Below, piece by piece: positions 1 to 8,635 of a DNA stretch of 48,699 nucleotides (the stretch's first letter is position 1; every line of letters starts with the position of its first letter). Both the position numbers and the translations under genes were made by a program. Source of the stretch: a virus; IMG/VR virus record IMGVR_UViG_3300009678_000013; one strand, 5' to 3'. Under the pieces are notes generated by a model. It ran no database searches. It was not told the DNA's origin and was given only the letters and a program-made list of their open reading frames with translations.

Positions 1-123
1 CAAAGAAATCTACGGCGTTGATGTCTCGGGAACCCAAGCATCCACGTCCGATGGCGGCAACAAATATACGCCGTATTCAACGGCGGCCCGCGACTACAAG
101 AACAATCCTCGCGCTGAAATCAG
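1..123. repeat. Terminal overlap copy 1, identical to 48577..48699; circular or terminally redundant assembly junction
   Basis: The first 123 nt (caaagaaatctacggcg...gcgctgaaatcag) recur exactly as the last 123 nt. The repeat lies inside the portal reading frame and is 41 codons long. Confidence 0.9.
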
Positions 124-1249
124 GGAGAAGCGCAAGGATATGGTTTGCGTCTGGATTCTTTGGTATCGCCCGCTCGGGCTGGAATTCGTGATCGCCGACG
201 GTTACTGTGACTTCCTGACAGCGCCGCATGAGCCGGATGTTTTCGTGGAGCAGTTTTTCCCGGTCTATCCGCTGGTGTTCAATGAGTTGACCCATCCGGT
301 CAAAATCTTCCCGCCGTCCGACGTGCGGATCATGCGCCATCCCCAGGATGAGATTAACCGCGCCCGCCAGGGCCTTCGCGAGCATCGCCGGGCGGCGCGT
401 CCGGGCTACATGACGCCGACTGGAATGCTGTCGGAGGAAGATGAAAAGCTCCTAGCGAATCGGCCTGCCCATGCGATCGTGAAGCTGAATGCCCTGCTAC
501 CCGGCCAAAAAGCCGAGGAAGTCTTGCAAAAGCTGCCGGTGCAGGGAATCGACCCGAACCTCTATCAAATTCAGGATCAGATGAATGACATCTACCTGTC
601 GGTCGGCTCATCGGAAACCGGCCTTGGCATGGCTGGCGATGCGACGGCGACGGGCGAGGCGATCGCGCAGGGATCGCGAACGGTTGTCACCGAGGCGGAA
701 GTCGATGAGTTGAACGAATATCTGTCTTTGCTCGCTTCCGATTTCGGCAAGGTCATGCTGTTCAATCTGTCTCTCGAAACCGTGATCGAGATTGCCGGCG
801 ACAATGCGGTTTGGCCCGAGTTGTCGCGGTCGCAGATCATGAAGGAAATCAGCCTCGACATCGTGGCCGGATCGAACGGCAGGCCGAATAAGGCGCTCCG
901 CCAGCAGGCGTTGGAACGGCTCGCGCCGATGATGCTGCAAATCCCTGGCGTCAATCCATCCTGGCTTATCCGAACGATGGTCGAATCTGTGGACGACTCG
1001 ATCGATATGGATGAGGCCATGCTGCCCGGTGCCGCCTCGATCACGGCACAGAACACGATGCTGTCAAAGGTCGGCGGTGCGCCGGCAACAAGCGCCTCTC
1101 CTGGCGGCGGTCCAGCGCCGCAGCCACAGGCGCAAGCGCCACAGGCGCAGGGGTTGCAGGGCGCACAGAATCAGCCGCAGCCTACGCCAGCGGGCGGCTC
1201 TTTGCCGCCGATGCGGTCGAACCATGACTATAGCGGACTGATGCAATAA
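2..1249 (+). CDS. Portal protein, C-terminal part; the frame is open from nt 2, and the track ORF 140..1249 is only its internal-Met version
   Basis: Frame 2 is open from nt 2 (KEIYGVDVSGTQ...). It continues the 47567 ORF across the junction. Position is terL-portal-scaffold-capsid. The C-terminal tail is Q/P/A-rich. Confidence 0.8.
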   Translation, partial: KEIYGVDVSGTQASTSDGGNKYTPYSTAARDYKNNPRAEIREKRKDMVCVWILWYRPLGLEFVIADGYCDFLTAPHEPDVFVEQFFPVYPLVFNELTHPVKIFPPSDVRIMRHPQDEINRARQGLREHRRAARPGYMTPTGMLSEEDEKLLANRPAHAIVKLNALLPGQKAEEVLQKLPVQGIDPNLYQIQDQMNDIYLSVGSSETGLGMAGDATATGEAIAQGSRTVVTEAEVDELNEYLSLLASDFGKVMLFNLSLETVIEIAGDNAVWPELSRSQIMKEISLDIVAGSNGRPNKALRQQALERLAPMMLQIPGVNPSWLIRTMVESVDDSIDMDEAMLPGAASITAQNTMLSKVGGAPATSASPGGGPAPQPQAQAPQAQGLQGAQNQPQPTPAGGSLPPMRSNHDYSGLMQ

Positions 1250-1252
1250 GGA

Positions 1253-1289
1253 ACGGCGACGAGTCGCCCCGTCGCCGTTTGTTTGTCTT
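1253..1289 (+). terminator. Putative intrinsic terminator after the portal gene
   Basis: 9-bp stem acggcgacg/cgtcgccgt (1253-1261 and 1270-1278), 8-nt loop, followed by ttgtttgtctt. It lies 4 nt after the stop. Confidence 0.5.
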
Positions 1290-1293
1290 GCCT

Positions 1294-1346
1294 GCCTCGC
1301 CAAACCCATCCAAGCCTAGCCCCACCGGGCCATGTCCTACCCAACC
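1294..1346 (+). repeat. Short RCC-NN pentanucleotide array, about 11 units
   Basis: CC starts at 1295, 1300, 1305, 1310, 1315, 1320, 1325, 1330, 1340 and 1345. Only the 1335 unit is out of phase. The base before CC is usually a purine. Confidence 0.55.
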
Positions 1347-1387
1347 TGGGAGCGCCTAAAGTATCGACATCAGCACGTCGGTCAAGC

Positions 1388-1434
1388 GGCAAAATTTGAC
1401 GGAATTTGACGGATTTTGCCTTTTGGAGTAAATC
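1388..1434 (+). promoter_or_regulatory. Candidate promoter and palindrome upstream of the scaffold gene
   Basis: Tandem aatttgacgg x2 is framed by inverted ggcaaaat/attttgcc. TTGACG (1406-1411), a 17-nt spacer, then TAAATC (1429-1434). Confidence 0.3.
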
Positions 1435-1459
1435 GCCTTAACCATTTCAGGGGAACTCG

Positions 1460-2494
1460 ATGGACGACAAAGACGGAACGCAGCCGGAATCGTCTCCCGG
1501 CCCATCGGAGGAAACCACGGTCGAACAGCCAGCATCGACCCCTGGCGAAGCCGCACCGTCGGACTCGGCAACCGACAAGCCCCAGGACGTAGAAAAGCAG
1601 CCCGAGGAAAAAGCGATTGACGTTGTGCAGGCCGCGATTGATCTGCACCGTCCGAAAGCTCCATCGGATGCGTCGGCCCCGTCCACCGACACAGCGGAAA
1701 GCCAGGAAAAATCTGACAAGGTAGCAGCGGCACCGGCCGGCGATCAGCCGACTGATGACGCAATTCTTGCGGCGGCGAGGCAGCTTGCCGGCGAGAAGAA
1801 TCTTGGGACCATCGCCCGCTTTCAAGAATTGGTCGATGAGAACAAGCGATTGAAGCCGATCGCCGAAAACATGGTCAGGCTGAATCAGGCCATCCATGAC
1901 CTCGGCGGCGACCCGAAAGAGTGGGCGGATTTCTTCGCCTTCCCGATTCACTTTTCCTCGAATCCAACCGATGCCATCAGCAAGATGGAGGAATGGATCG
2001 AGGCGGCGAAGCGGGCGGTCGGATTGTCTTTGCCGCCCGATCTGGCAAAGCGGGTTGAGGATGGTTTGCTCGATGAGGCATCAGCCAAGGAACTCGCCGA
2101 GGCGAGGGGCAAGGCCGAAGTCAGCGAGCGGCGTGAAGCCAGGACAGTCGAATCTGTCCAGCTTCAAGCAAAAAATGCCATCGTCACGGCGGTCAATAGC
2201 TATGAGAAAACCCTGTTGGAAACCGATCCTGACTATATCCGTAAAGCCCCGCTGGTGCGTGATCGCCTTGCGGTGCTTGCGGCGACAAAGGGACAGCCAT
2301 CGACTGTGGAAGGTGCAAAGGCAATGGCCGAGCAAGCCTATGCCGATGTGAACAAGCAATTGAAGGCGATGCTCCCGGCGAGGTCCAGCACAGCAAAGCA
2401 ACCCGCGTCCCGGCGTGTCATCAATGCCACGCCTGCCGCTAAATCTCCATTGGAGGCCGTCAATCAGGCGTTGGCTCGCGTTCATGGGAGCTAA
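1460..2494 (+). CDS. Putative scaffolding protein
   Basis: 344-aa ORF between portal and capsid. Acidic P/S/E-rich N-terminus and a charged helical remainder. Confidence 0.55.
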   Translation: MDDKDGTQPESSPGPSEETTVEQPASTPGEAAPSDSATDKPQDVEKQPEEKAIDVVQAAIDLHRPKAPSDASAPSTDTAESQEKSDKVAAAPAGDQPTDDAILAAARQLAGEKNLGTIARFQELVDENKRLKPIAENMVRLNQAIHDLGGDPKEWADFFAFPIHFSSNPTDAISKMEEWIEAAKRAVGLSLPPDLAKRVEDGLLDEASAKELAEARGKAEVSERREARTVESVQLQAKNAIVTAVNSYEKTLLETDPDYIRKAPLVRDRLAVLAATKGQPSTVEGAKAMAEQAYADVNKQLKAMLPARSSTAKQPASRRVINATPAAKSPLEAVNQALARVHGS

Positions 2495-2497
2495 CAA

Positions 2498-3589
2498 ATG
2501 GCTTTCTCACAGGCCGAATTGGACTCCATTGCGGTGTCCTTGCTCGATTTCTATTATCGCGGCAAGCCGATCGCGCAATCGATTCAGGACAAGCCCAATC
2601 TCCTGAAACTCACGACCGGGAAAAAGAATCTCCCCGGCGGCAAGGGCGACATCGCCATCAACGTCAAAGGCAATTACCGCATTCTCGATTCGTCGGGCAA
2701 TCCGGTTGCCGCTGGCGTCGGCGGGCGTCTCAAGGGCTACAGCCACGATGATCCGGTCGATTACGGGCGGATCGCCGACATCCAGCAGGCCAAGTATGCG
2801 TGGAAGGAACTGACCGCCGGCTGGAACATGACGTTCACCGAGTTGAAGATGAACGGCCTGTCGGTCACGGACTCTGCGGTTCCCGACGGCACGTCGGCGA
2901 TCAGCGATCGCGAAAAGCAAATCATCAGCGACTTGATGCTCGACAAGATCGAGTCGTTCGATGAAATCTCGATGCGCGACATGAACGAAATGTTCTACCG
3001 GGCAACCCCGGTCACAGCGAAGTCCATGTATGGCATCGCCTACTTCATCAGCGATGTTCCCGCTGTCGGTGTGACAGGCGGCATCGATCGTGCCCTCAAT
3101 CCGTGGTGGCGGAACAAGGCGGTCCTCGGCATCGCTACCCCTGGCGTGTCGGTCGCTTTGGTCGTTCACTCCGTTATGCGCCAACTTCGGCGCTATGGCG
3201 GGCGGCCCGATACCTTCCTGGCCGGATCGGACTTCCTCGACGCCCTGGTGGCCGAACTCTACGGCAAGGGCGAATACACGAACATCGGTTGGTCGAAGCC
3301 CTCGACCATGGACATCAGCATCGCCGAGATTTCCTACAACGGCATGAAAATCCAATACGACCCGACACTCGATGACCTCGGCGCTTCGGGCGTCATCGGG
3401 AACGGATCGAAGCGGATGTATGTCTATGACAGCCGCGACATCTACGTTCATGCGATGGAAGGCGAGTGGGAGCGTGACCATGCGCCGGCAAGGCCGACGA
3501 ATGTGTATGCGCTCTACAAGTCGCGGACCTACACCGGGCAGCTTGTTGCCCGTCGCCTGAATTCGTCGGCGGTGTTCAGCATCGCCTAA
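2498..3589 (+). CDS. Major capsid protein
   Basis: 363-aa ORF starting 4 nt after the scaffold stop and followed by a hairpin. Assigned by position and size. Confidence 0.65.
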   Translation: MAFSQAELDSIAVSLLDFYYRGKPIAQSIQDKPNLLKLTTGKKNLPGGKGDIAINVKGNYRILDSSGNPVAAGVGGRLKGYSHDDPVDYGRIADIQQAKYAWKELTAGWNMTFTELKMNGLSVTDSAVPDGTSAISDREKQIISDLMLDKIESFDEISMRDMNEMFYRATPVTAKSMYGIAYFISDVPAVGVTGGIDRALNPWWRNKAVLGIATPGVSVALVVHSVMRQLRRYGGRPDTFLAGSDFLDALVAELYGKGEYTNIGWSKPSTMDISIAEISYNGMKIQYDPTLDDLGASGVIGNGSKRMYVYDSRDIYVHAMEGEWERDHAPARPTNVYALYKSRTYTGQLVARRLNSSAVFSIA

Positions 3590-3620
3590 CTGCATTCCGC
3601 AGGAGAGTTGGACTAGAGGC

Positions 3621-3648
3621 CCCGGAGCGATCTAAACGTCGCTCCGGG
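3621..3648 (+). terminator. Hairpin after the capsid gene; attenuator or terminator candidate
   Basis: 10-bp stem cccggagcga/tcgctccggg, 8-nt loop, weak T-run (ttgatt). Confidence 0.35.
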
Positions 3649-3682
3649 TTGATTCGTGCAAGCCTAGACAGGAGATACCAAC

Positions 3683-4153
3683 ATGGAACTCGCAGACATC
3701 GATCTGACGATTGGTAATGACAAGAACAACATCGCTCGCATCATCGGAGTGACCCCGCCCGAGGTTGCTTTCCTCTTGCGAGCGCATGGGCATTCGAGCG
3801 TTTCCGGCATTCGCAACATCCGCAAGGGCAAGAGCTTCAATTCGATCGAGGAACGGAATCGCCTTCGCCTTCGTTGGGCCGGCGCGGAATCGTTCATCGA
3901 AGATATGTGGATGGAATTCGGCGGCGCTCTGCCCAAGACCTTCAAGAATCTGGCGCAGCATTCCGGCCTTGGGGATTCGCTATTCGCGACTGGCCCCGAT
4001 CGGCAGCCGGTCATCGACCCTGACGATACCAGGGGGAACAATGCAGAGAGCCTTGAACTCGATGGGCCTGATCCGAAGCCCGATGATGACGGGCCATCGG
4101 ATGATGACCCCGAAGATGAGGATGAGGACGAGGACGAGAACAAGGCAGCCTAG
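3683..4153 (+). CDS. Hypothetical virion-module protein with a poly-acidic C-terminus
   Basis: 156-aa ORF with RBS ggagata upstream. C-terminus reads DDDGPSDDDPEDEDEDEDENKAA. Confidence 0.6.
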   Translation: MELADIDLTIGNDKNNIARIIGVTPPEVAFLLRAHGHSSVSGIRNIRKGKSFNSIEERNRLRLRWAGAESFIEDMWMEFGGALPKTFKNLAQHSGLGDSLFATGPDRQPVIDPDDTRGNNAESLELDGPDPKPDDDGPSDDDPEDEDEDEDENKAA

Positions 4154-4164
4154 AGGGGGCGAAC

Positions 4165-4920
4165 ATGGCTCGCGGCACGACGCTCGGCGACATGCTGGTG
4201 AAGCTCGCCAGCGAAATGCGGATGTCGGTCAATCCGGCTCATATGGGCAACGTGCGGGCGAGCCATGTCCAAGCTCTAGGGCGCGTTCAAGATCGCCTCT
4301 ATACCGAATGGGATTGGGAGCATTTGAAGGTCAAGCGCCCGATCGTGCTGGCCCCGAATGTTCGCTACTACGCTTGCCCCGCTGACATCGCATTCGACCG
4401 GATCACAGGGTTGTTGCTCTACCAGGGCGGTAAGTGGACGCCATTGAGCTACGGCGTCAACTTCGGCGATTACTCGATCTACAACAGCCCTGCCGGCGAA
4501 TCGGGATGGCCGCCCGAAAAGTGGGCGATCGGCGAGGAACCGACGGACGGCAACAACGCGACGGTCGATGACGTGAACAACATCGAAATCTGGCCGGTGC
4601 CGTCGGTCGCTTCGGGAACCGGCGACAATTGGGAAGGCCGGGTAATGGTGCAGGGGATTCGTCGGATCAAAAGGCCGGTCAATGATGTCGATCGCTTTGA
4701 AATCGATGACACCCTGGTTTCGCTCTATACGGCGGCGGAATTGCTCTCGCCGCTGAAACAGTCCGACTCCACGGCCAAGCTGCAACAAGCGCAGCAGCTT
4801 TATTTCAGGCTGCGGTCCAAGGGCTACAAGACCGGCTATGTCGATATGGTCGGCGATGACCCGGCCGATCGCAGCCAAGTCATCATTGCTTCGCCATTGC
4901 CCAAAGGTGTTTCAGTCTAG
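4165..4920 (+). CDS. Putative head-tail adaptor or tail tubular A-like protein
   Basis: 251-aa ORF in the T7 gp11-equivalent position. Function is inferred from gene order only. Confidence 0.4.
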   Translation: MARGTTLGDMLVKLASEMRMSVNPAHMGNVRASHVQALGRVQDRLYTEWDWEHLKVKRPIVLAPNVRYYACPADIAFDRITGLLLYQGGKWTPLSYGVNFGDYSIYNSPAGESGWPPEKWAIGEEPTDGNNATVDDVNNIEIWPVPSVASGTGDNWEGRVMVQGIRRIKRPVNDVDRFEIDDTLVSLYTAAELLSPLKQSDSTAKLQQAQQLYFRLRSKGYKTGYVDMVGDDPADRSQVIIASPLPKGVSV

Positions 4921-4931
4921 GGAGAACGATC

Positions 4932-5135
4932 ATGGTCATGTCTCTAATCACGTTGCTCATCTACTTGTTGGTCCTCGGGATCATCGTCGGCATCATCTAT
5001 TGGGTGGTTGATGCCATCCCGATTCCATCGCCAATCAATCGCTGGATCAAAATTCTTTGCGTGGTGATCGTCGCCTTGGTCGCCATCCTGTTGCTTCTGC
5101 AAGTCGCAGGAGCGCCCCTGCCTTCGTTTAACTAG
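4932..5135 (+). CDS. Small two-TM membrane protein
   Basis: 67 aa with two hydrophobic helices. Preceded by the conserved tagggagaacgatc junction. Confidence 0.6.
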   Translation: MVMSLITLLIYLLVLGIIVGIIYWVVDAIPIPSPINRWIKILCVVIVALVAILLLLQVAGAPLPSFN

Positions 5136-5137
5136 CC

Positions 5138-6961
5138 ATGCCCTATTTGACGATCGATGACTTCCAGAAGGGCCTCGATACGCGGCGGATGCCCGCGACG
5201 ACGCCTGCGGGAGCATTGATCGTCGCCGAGGACGGCCATATCACGCGAGGCGGTGAATTCGAGAAGCGCAAGGCGTGGATCGAGGAAATCGATCTGACCG
5301 CGATCATGGATGTCACGACCGATGGCAAGGGCCTCTACATGGAGGATGGTGGCATCGCGACCATCTTCGGGACGCATTTTGCCCCAGGTCAGCCGATGGA
5401 GAATGTTCAGTATTGTCAGTTGGTCAAGAATGATGGGACGGCGATCACTGATGATGTGAACGAAGTCATCGATGTGGACCGTTTCGGGCAGGGCCTCCAT
5501 ATTATCGCCGATGTTGGCGGTGCGATTCAGCATTACGTCACGACTGGAAAAGACTCCGCAACTACCTTTTGGCTGCCTGCGAAAGAAGTGAATTACTTCG
5601 CCGGGGTCCGCGCCTATTGCCCATTCCGCGTGGATGGATCGAGCGGAACCATCACAAGCATCAAGGTTGCCGGCGTTGAAATTTTGGGCAAGACGCTGAC
5701 TTTGCTTTCGGGATCGACGACCGATCGGAACAAGCTGGCACAGCAGATTGCGACACAGATCAATCAGAAGCTATCCAGCCCGGATTACACGGCAGCCAAG
5801 ACCGGAACCGCTTCGCCGATTGTCACCATCTATTCGACGTTGCTCGGCGCGAATCAAAATGGCAAGGCGGTCACGTTTGTAAAAACCGGAACCGTGACGC
5901 TGACCTTTGCTTGGCCGGTCACAGCCCCAAGCAATTTGACCCGAGGCGGTTCTGATGTCGGTCGGGCAGCAGGCCGCTACGCCAAGACCTATGGCGACAA
6001 GATGTATGCCCCGTCTGGTGCGATCTTGTATTTCTCCAAGGTCAATGACGCGACGAAGTGGGACCCGGCTGTTCCAGATACCGGCGCTGGCTCTATCGAC
6101 ATCGCGACCAAATCGAGGGCGCGGCAAGTCGTCACTTCGATGGCCGAGTATTACACGAATGTCGCGGTGTTCACGCCCGAGACGATTTTCATTTGGTATC
6201 TCGATGTTGACCCGGCCAAAAATGCGCTCATTCAAGTCCTCGATAACGTCGGGACCAATGCGTCCCGGTCGGTGACGCAATTCGGCGATGCCGATGTCTT
6301 TTTCTTGGAGCATTCCGGCATTCGATCGCTGCGGGCGCGGGCCAATACGAATGCTGCCTACACGACCGACATCGGGACGGCGATCGATACCATCGTGCAG
6401 CAGTATCTTGCGACGTTGCTGGATTCCCAGGTCAACCGGGCATGGGGAACGATTGAACCGCAAGACGGGCGGTTCATGCTGTTCGTCGGACAGAAGGTGT
6501 TTGTCTATTCGTTCTTTTCGTCCAGCAAAATTTCCGCATGGTCGATCTACAATCTGCCGTTCGATGTTGAGCATATCTGGACGACATCGCAGGCGATCTA
6601 TTTCCGAAGCGGCGAAAAAATCTACTCCTATGGCGGGATCGAGGGCGACCAATTTGACGCCACGGCTGCCAAGCTGCAAATCCCCTTCCTCGACGCCAAC
6701 AAGCCGGCGACGAAAAAGAAATTCTACGGGATCGATGCGGCTGTCGAAGGGTCATGGGTCACGAAGATCGCGCAAGACCCGAATTTGCCGGCGACGTTCG
6801 ACACCCTCGGGAACATCAGCGAAGTCACCTATCCACGCGATCAGATCGGCATTGATTGCGAGACGACGCATATTTCCGTTTACATGGAATCGGTCGGCGT
6901 CGGCCAAGCGAAAGTCGGCAAGATCAGCGTTCACTACAATGAAACCGAGGAAGCCCGGTAG
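5138..6961 (+). CDS. Putative tail tubular B or nozzle-like protein
   Basis: 607-aa ORF in the T7 gp12-equivalent position. Function is inferred from gene order only. Confidence 0.4.
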   Translation: MPYLTIDDFQKGLDTRRMPATTPAGALIVAEDGHITRGGEFEKRKAWIEEIDLTAIMDVTTDGKGLYMEDGGIATIFGTHFAPGQPMENVQYCQLVKNDGTAITDDVNEVIDVDRFGQGLHIIADVGGAIQHYVTTGKDSATTFWLPAKEVNYFAGVRAYCPFRVDGSSGTITSIKVAGVEILGKTLTLLSGSTTDRNKLAQQIATQINQKLSSPDYTAAKTGTASPIVTIYSTLLGANQNGKAVTFVKTGTVTLTFAWPVTAPSNLTRGGSDVGRAAGRYAKTYGDKMYAPSGAILYFSKVNDATKWDPAVPDTGAGSIDIATKSRARQVVTSMAEYYTNVAVFTPETIFIWYLDVDPAKNALIQVLDNVGTNASRSVTQFGDADVFFLEHSGIRSLRARANTNAAYTTDIGTAIDTIVQQYLATLLDSQVNRAWGTIEPQDGRFMLFVGQKVFVYSFFSSSKISAWSIYNLPFDVEHIWTTSQAIYFRSGEKIYSYGGIEGDQFDATAAKLQIPFLDANKPATKKKFYGIDAAVEGSWVTKIAQDPNLPATFDTLGNISEVTYPRDQIGIDCETTHISVYMESVGVGQAKVGKISVHYNETEEAR

Positions 6962-6972
6962 GGAGAACGGTC

Positions 6973-7746
6973 ATGCCAAAAGACTACGGCAAAGAAATGA
7001 TGCAAGAGGAAGCGCAGCGCCAGGATCGCATCGATCAGGCGACGCAAACCATCCGGGCCATTCTTTACGGCGGCAAGGGCCGCGAAGTCGCGAAGGCATA
7101 TAAGCCAGGGGCGATCTATACCGATCCGTCGGGGGATCGCATTCGTCTCGGAGGTTCCGATGCCGAAGGGCATTTTGTCACCTTGGCGGGGCTGAAAAAG
7201 ATGATCGGCCAGGGCAAGGTGTTCTCGGCGAAAAAGTATGATCCGCAATTCAACAACGCCTATTTCAACAAGCTCCAAACTTCCTACAAGGATTACATGA
7301 ACCCGCAGCTTGAGAAGCAATATGGCGATGCCGATGAGGCTTTGACTTTCGCGCTGGCGCGGCAGGGATTGCTTGGACAGAATTCGTCTGTCCGGGCCAA
7401 GGAGCAAAGTGATCTTTTGGAAAAGATGAGAATCCAGAAGCGGACGGTTATCGACAAGGCCAAGGATGTCGCCAACTCGCAGCGCCAAGCCGTTTCGGGC
7501 CTTGAGTCAAATTTGATTGCGATGGCACAAGCCTCGGCTAATCCGGCGACGGCGGCGAGTCAGGCCGGGATGCAGGCGAAGGCATTGACCACGCCGCCAT
7601 CGTTCAGCCCGTTGGAAATGGTATTCACCGACGCTACGTCGGCGCTGGCGACCCAGGCCGAGTTAGAGCGGCGCAAGCAAGCTGCCTTCGACATGGGCAT
7701 ATCGAACATCGTCGGTGGCGGATCGTCGCAAACCATTACGGCATAG
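6973..7746 (+). CDS. Putative internal virion protein
   Basis: 257-aa ORF preceded by tagggagaacggtc. Assigned by position. Confidence 0.45.
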   Translation: MPKDYGKEMMQEEAQRQDRIDQATQTIRAILYGGKGREVAKAYKPGAIYTDPSGDRIRLGGSDAEGHFVTLAGLKKMIGQGKVFSAKKYDPQFNNAYFNKLQTSYKDYMNPQLEKQYGDADEALTFALARQGLLGQNSSVRAKEQSDLLEKMRIQKRTVIDKAKDVANSQRQAVSGLESNLIAMAQASANPATAASQAGMQAKALTTPPSFSPLEMVFTDATSALATQAELERRKQAAFDMGISNIVGGGSSQTITA

Positions 7747-7756
7747 GAGAACGGTC

Positions 7757-8626
7757 ATGATGTGGCTATTGCCGCTGGCGGCGGCGCTCAAAGTCGGTTC
7801 CTTTTTCATGCAGAAGAAGGCCGACAGCGATGTTAGGAGCGCACAGTCGTCGGCGATGCAGGACTACAATGAGCGGCGACGGGAGTTGGAAGCCAAGTCC
7901 CAACAGGCCGCGCTAAAGACGCAATCCAATGCTGCCGATTTCACAAAGCAACAGGCTGCCTCGGAAGTCGCGACCAAGAAGGATTATGCGGCGCAGAATC
8001 GGATGGCGACTCCTGGCGGTCGGGATGTCGCTGCGGCCACGAATCAACCGATGGTGACGGGCCTTAGCAAAGACTTGGCGGCGCAATCTGCCGCCTATCT
8101 CGGGCAACAGGATACTGCCCTGGCGGGGTTGCGATCCTTTGGCGACATTTTGACCGGCCAGAACATCGCGCTCAATCGAGGATTAACGGATGCCGCCAAG
8201 TATGGCGACTTCATGGCGGGGCTGGAAGGTCCGATGAAGCAACGGATGCAGGATGCGCTCGCCGATGGTGCCACGCCAGAAATGATCGCGAACATCATGT
8301 CTAGCCTCGGCGACATGGCGCTGATGGGCGGCCTGTCCGGTGTCGGCGCGGGCGCGGGCGCAGCGGGCGGCGCGAGCGGAACAGGCTCGGTGATGGGCGG
8401 CGGCGGGCCGAGTGTGGCGGCGAACGTGCCGATTACAGCGGGTTCTCCCGCTGGCCCGACCGGCATGAGTGGCGGGTTCCTGTCCTCGATCTTCTCGGGC
8501 GGCAATCCGCTGCAATCGCTCGCCTCGTTCATCCCGGCCATGAACTTCATGCCGAACTCGGTGATGCCGCAATCGAAGATGACACCGACGCAAATCCAAT
8601 TGGCGCGAACGAAGTTTCAGTATTAG
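7757..8626 (+). CDS. Putative internal virion protein with an N-terminal TM and a Gly-rich region
   Basis: Start refined to ATG 7757 (MMWLLPLAAALKV), preceded by taggagaacggtc. Contains a G/A-rich stretch. Confidence 0.5.
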   Translation: MMWLLPLAAALKVGSFFMQKKADSDVRSAQSSAMQDYNERRRELEAKSQQAALKTQSNAADFTKQQAASEVATKKDYAAQNRMATPGGRDVAAATNQPMVTGLSKDLAAQSAAYLGQQDTALAGLRSFGDILTGQNIALNRGLTDAAKYGDFMAGLEGPMKQRMQDALADGATPEMIANIMSSLGDMALMGGLSGVGAGAGAAGGASGTGSVMGGGGPSVAANVPITAGSPAGPTGMSGGFLSSIFSGGNPLQSLASFIPAMNFMPNSVMPQSKMTPTQIQLARTKFQY

Positions 8627-8635
8627 GGGGCCTCA

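Noticed and set aside
1-123. The 123-bp terminal repeat as a genuine phage DTR.
   Set aside because: It lies in frame inside the portal ORF, and joining the ends restores one continuous gene. It is more likely a circular-assembly overlap.
2507-3595. Long antisense ORFs opposite clear genes, for example 2507..3595 minus, 10670..11800 minus, 20524..21735 plus, 26691..27737 plus and 13916..14749 minus.
   Set aside because: These are shadow ORFs expected at about 60% GC. The translations are Arg/Gly/Pro-rich, and the opposite-strand genes have recognisable motifs and fit the operon context.
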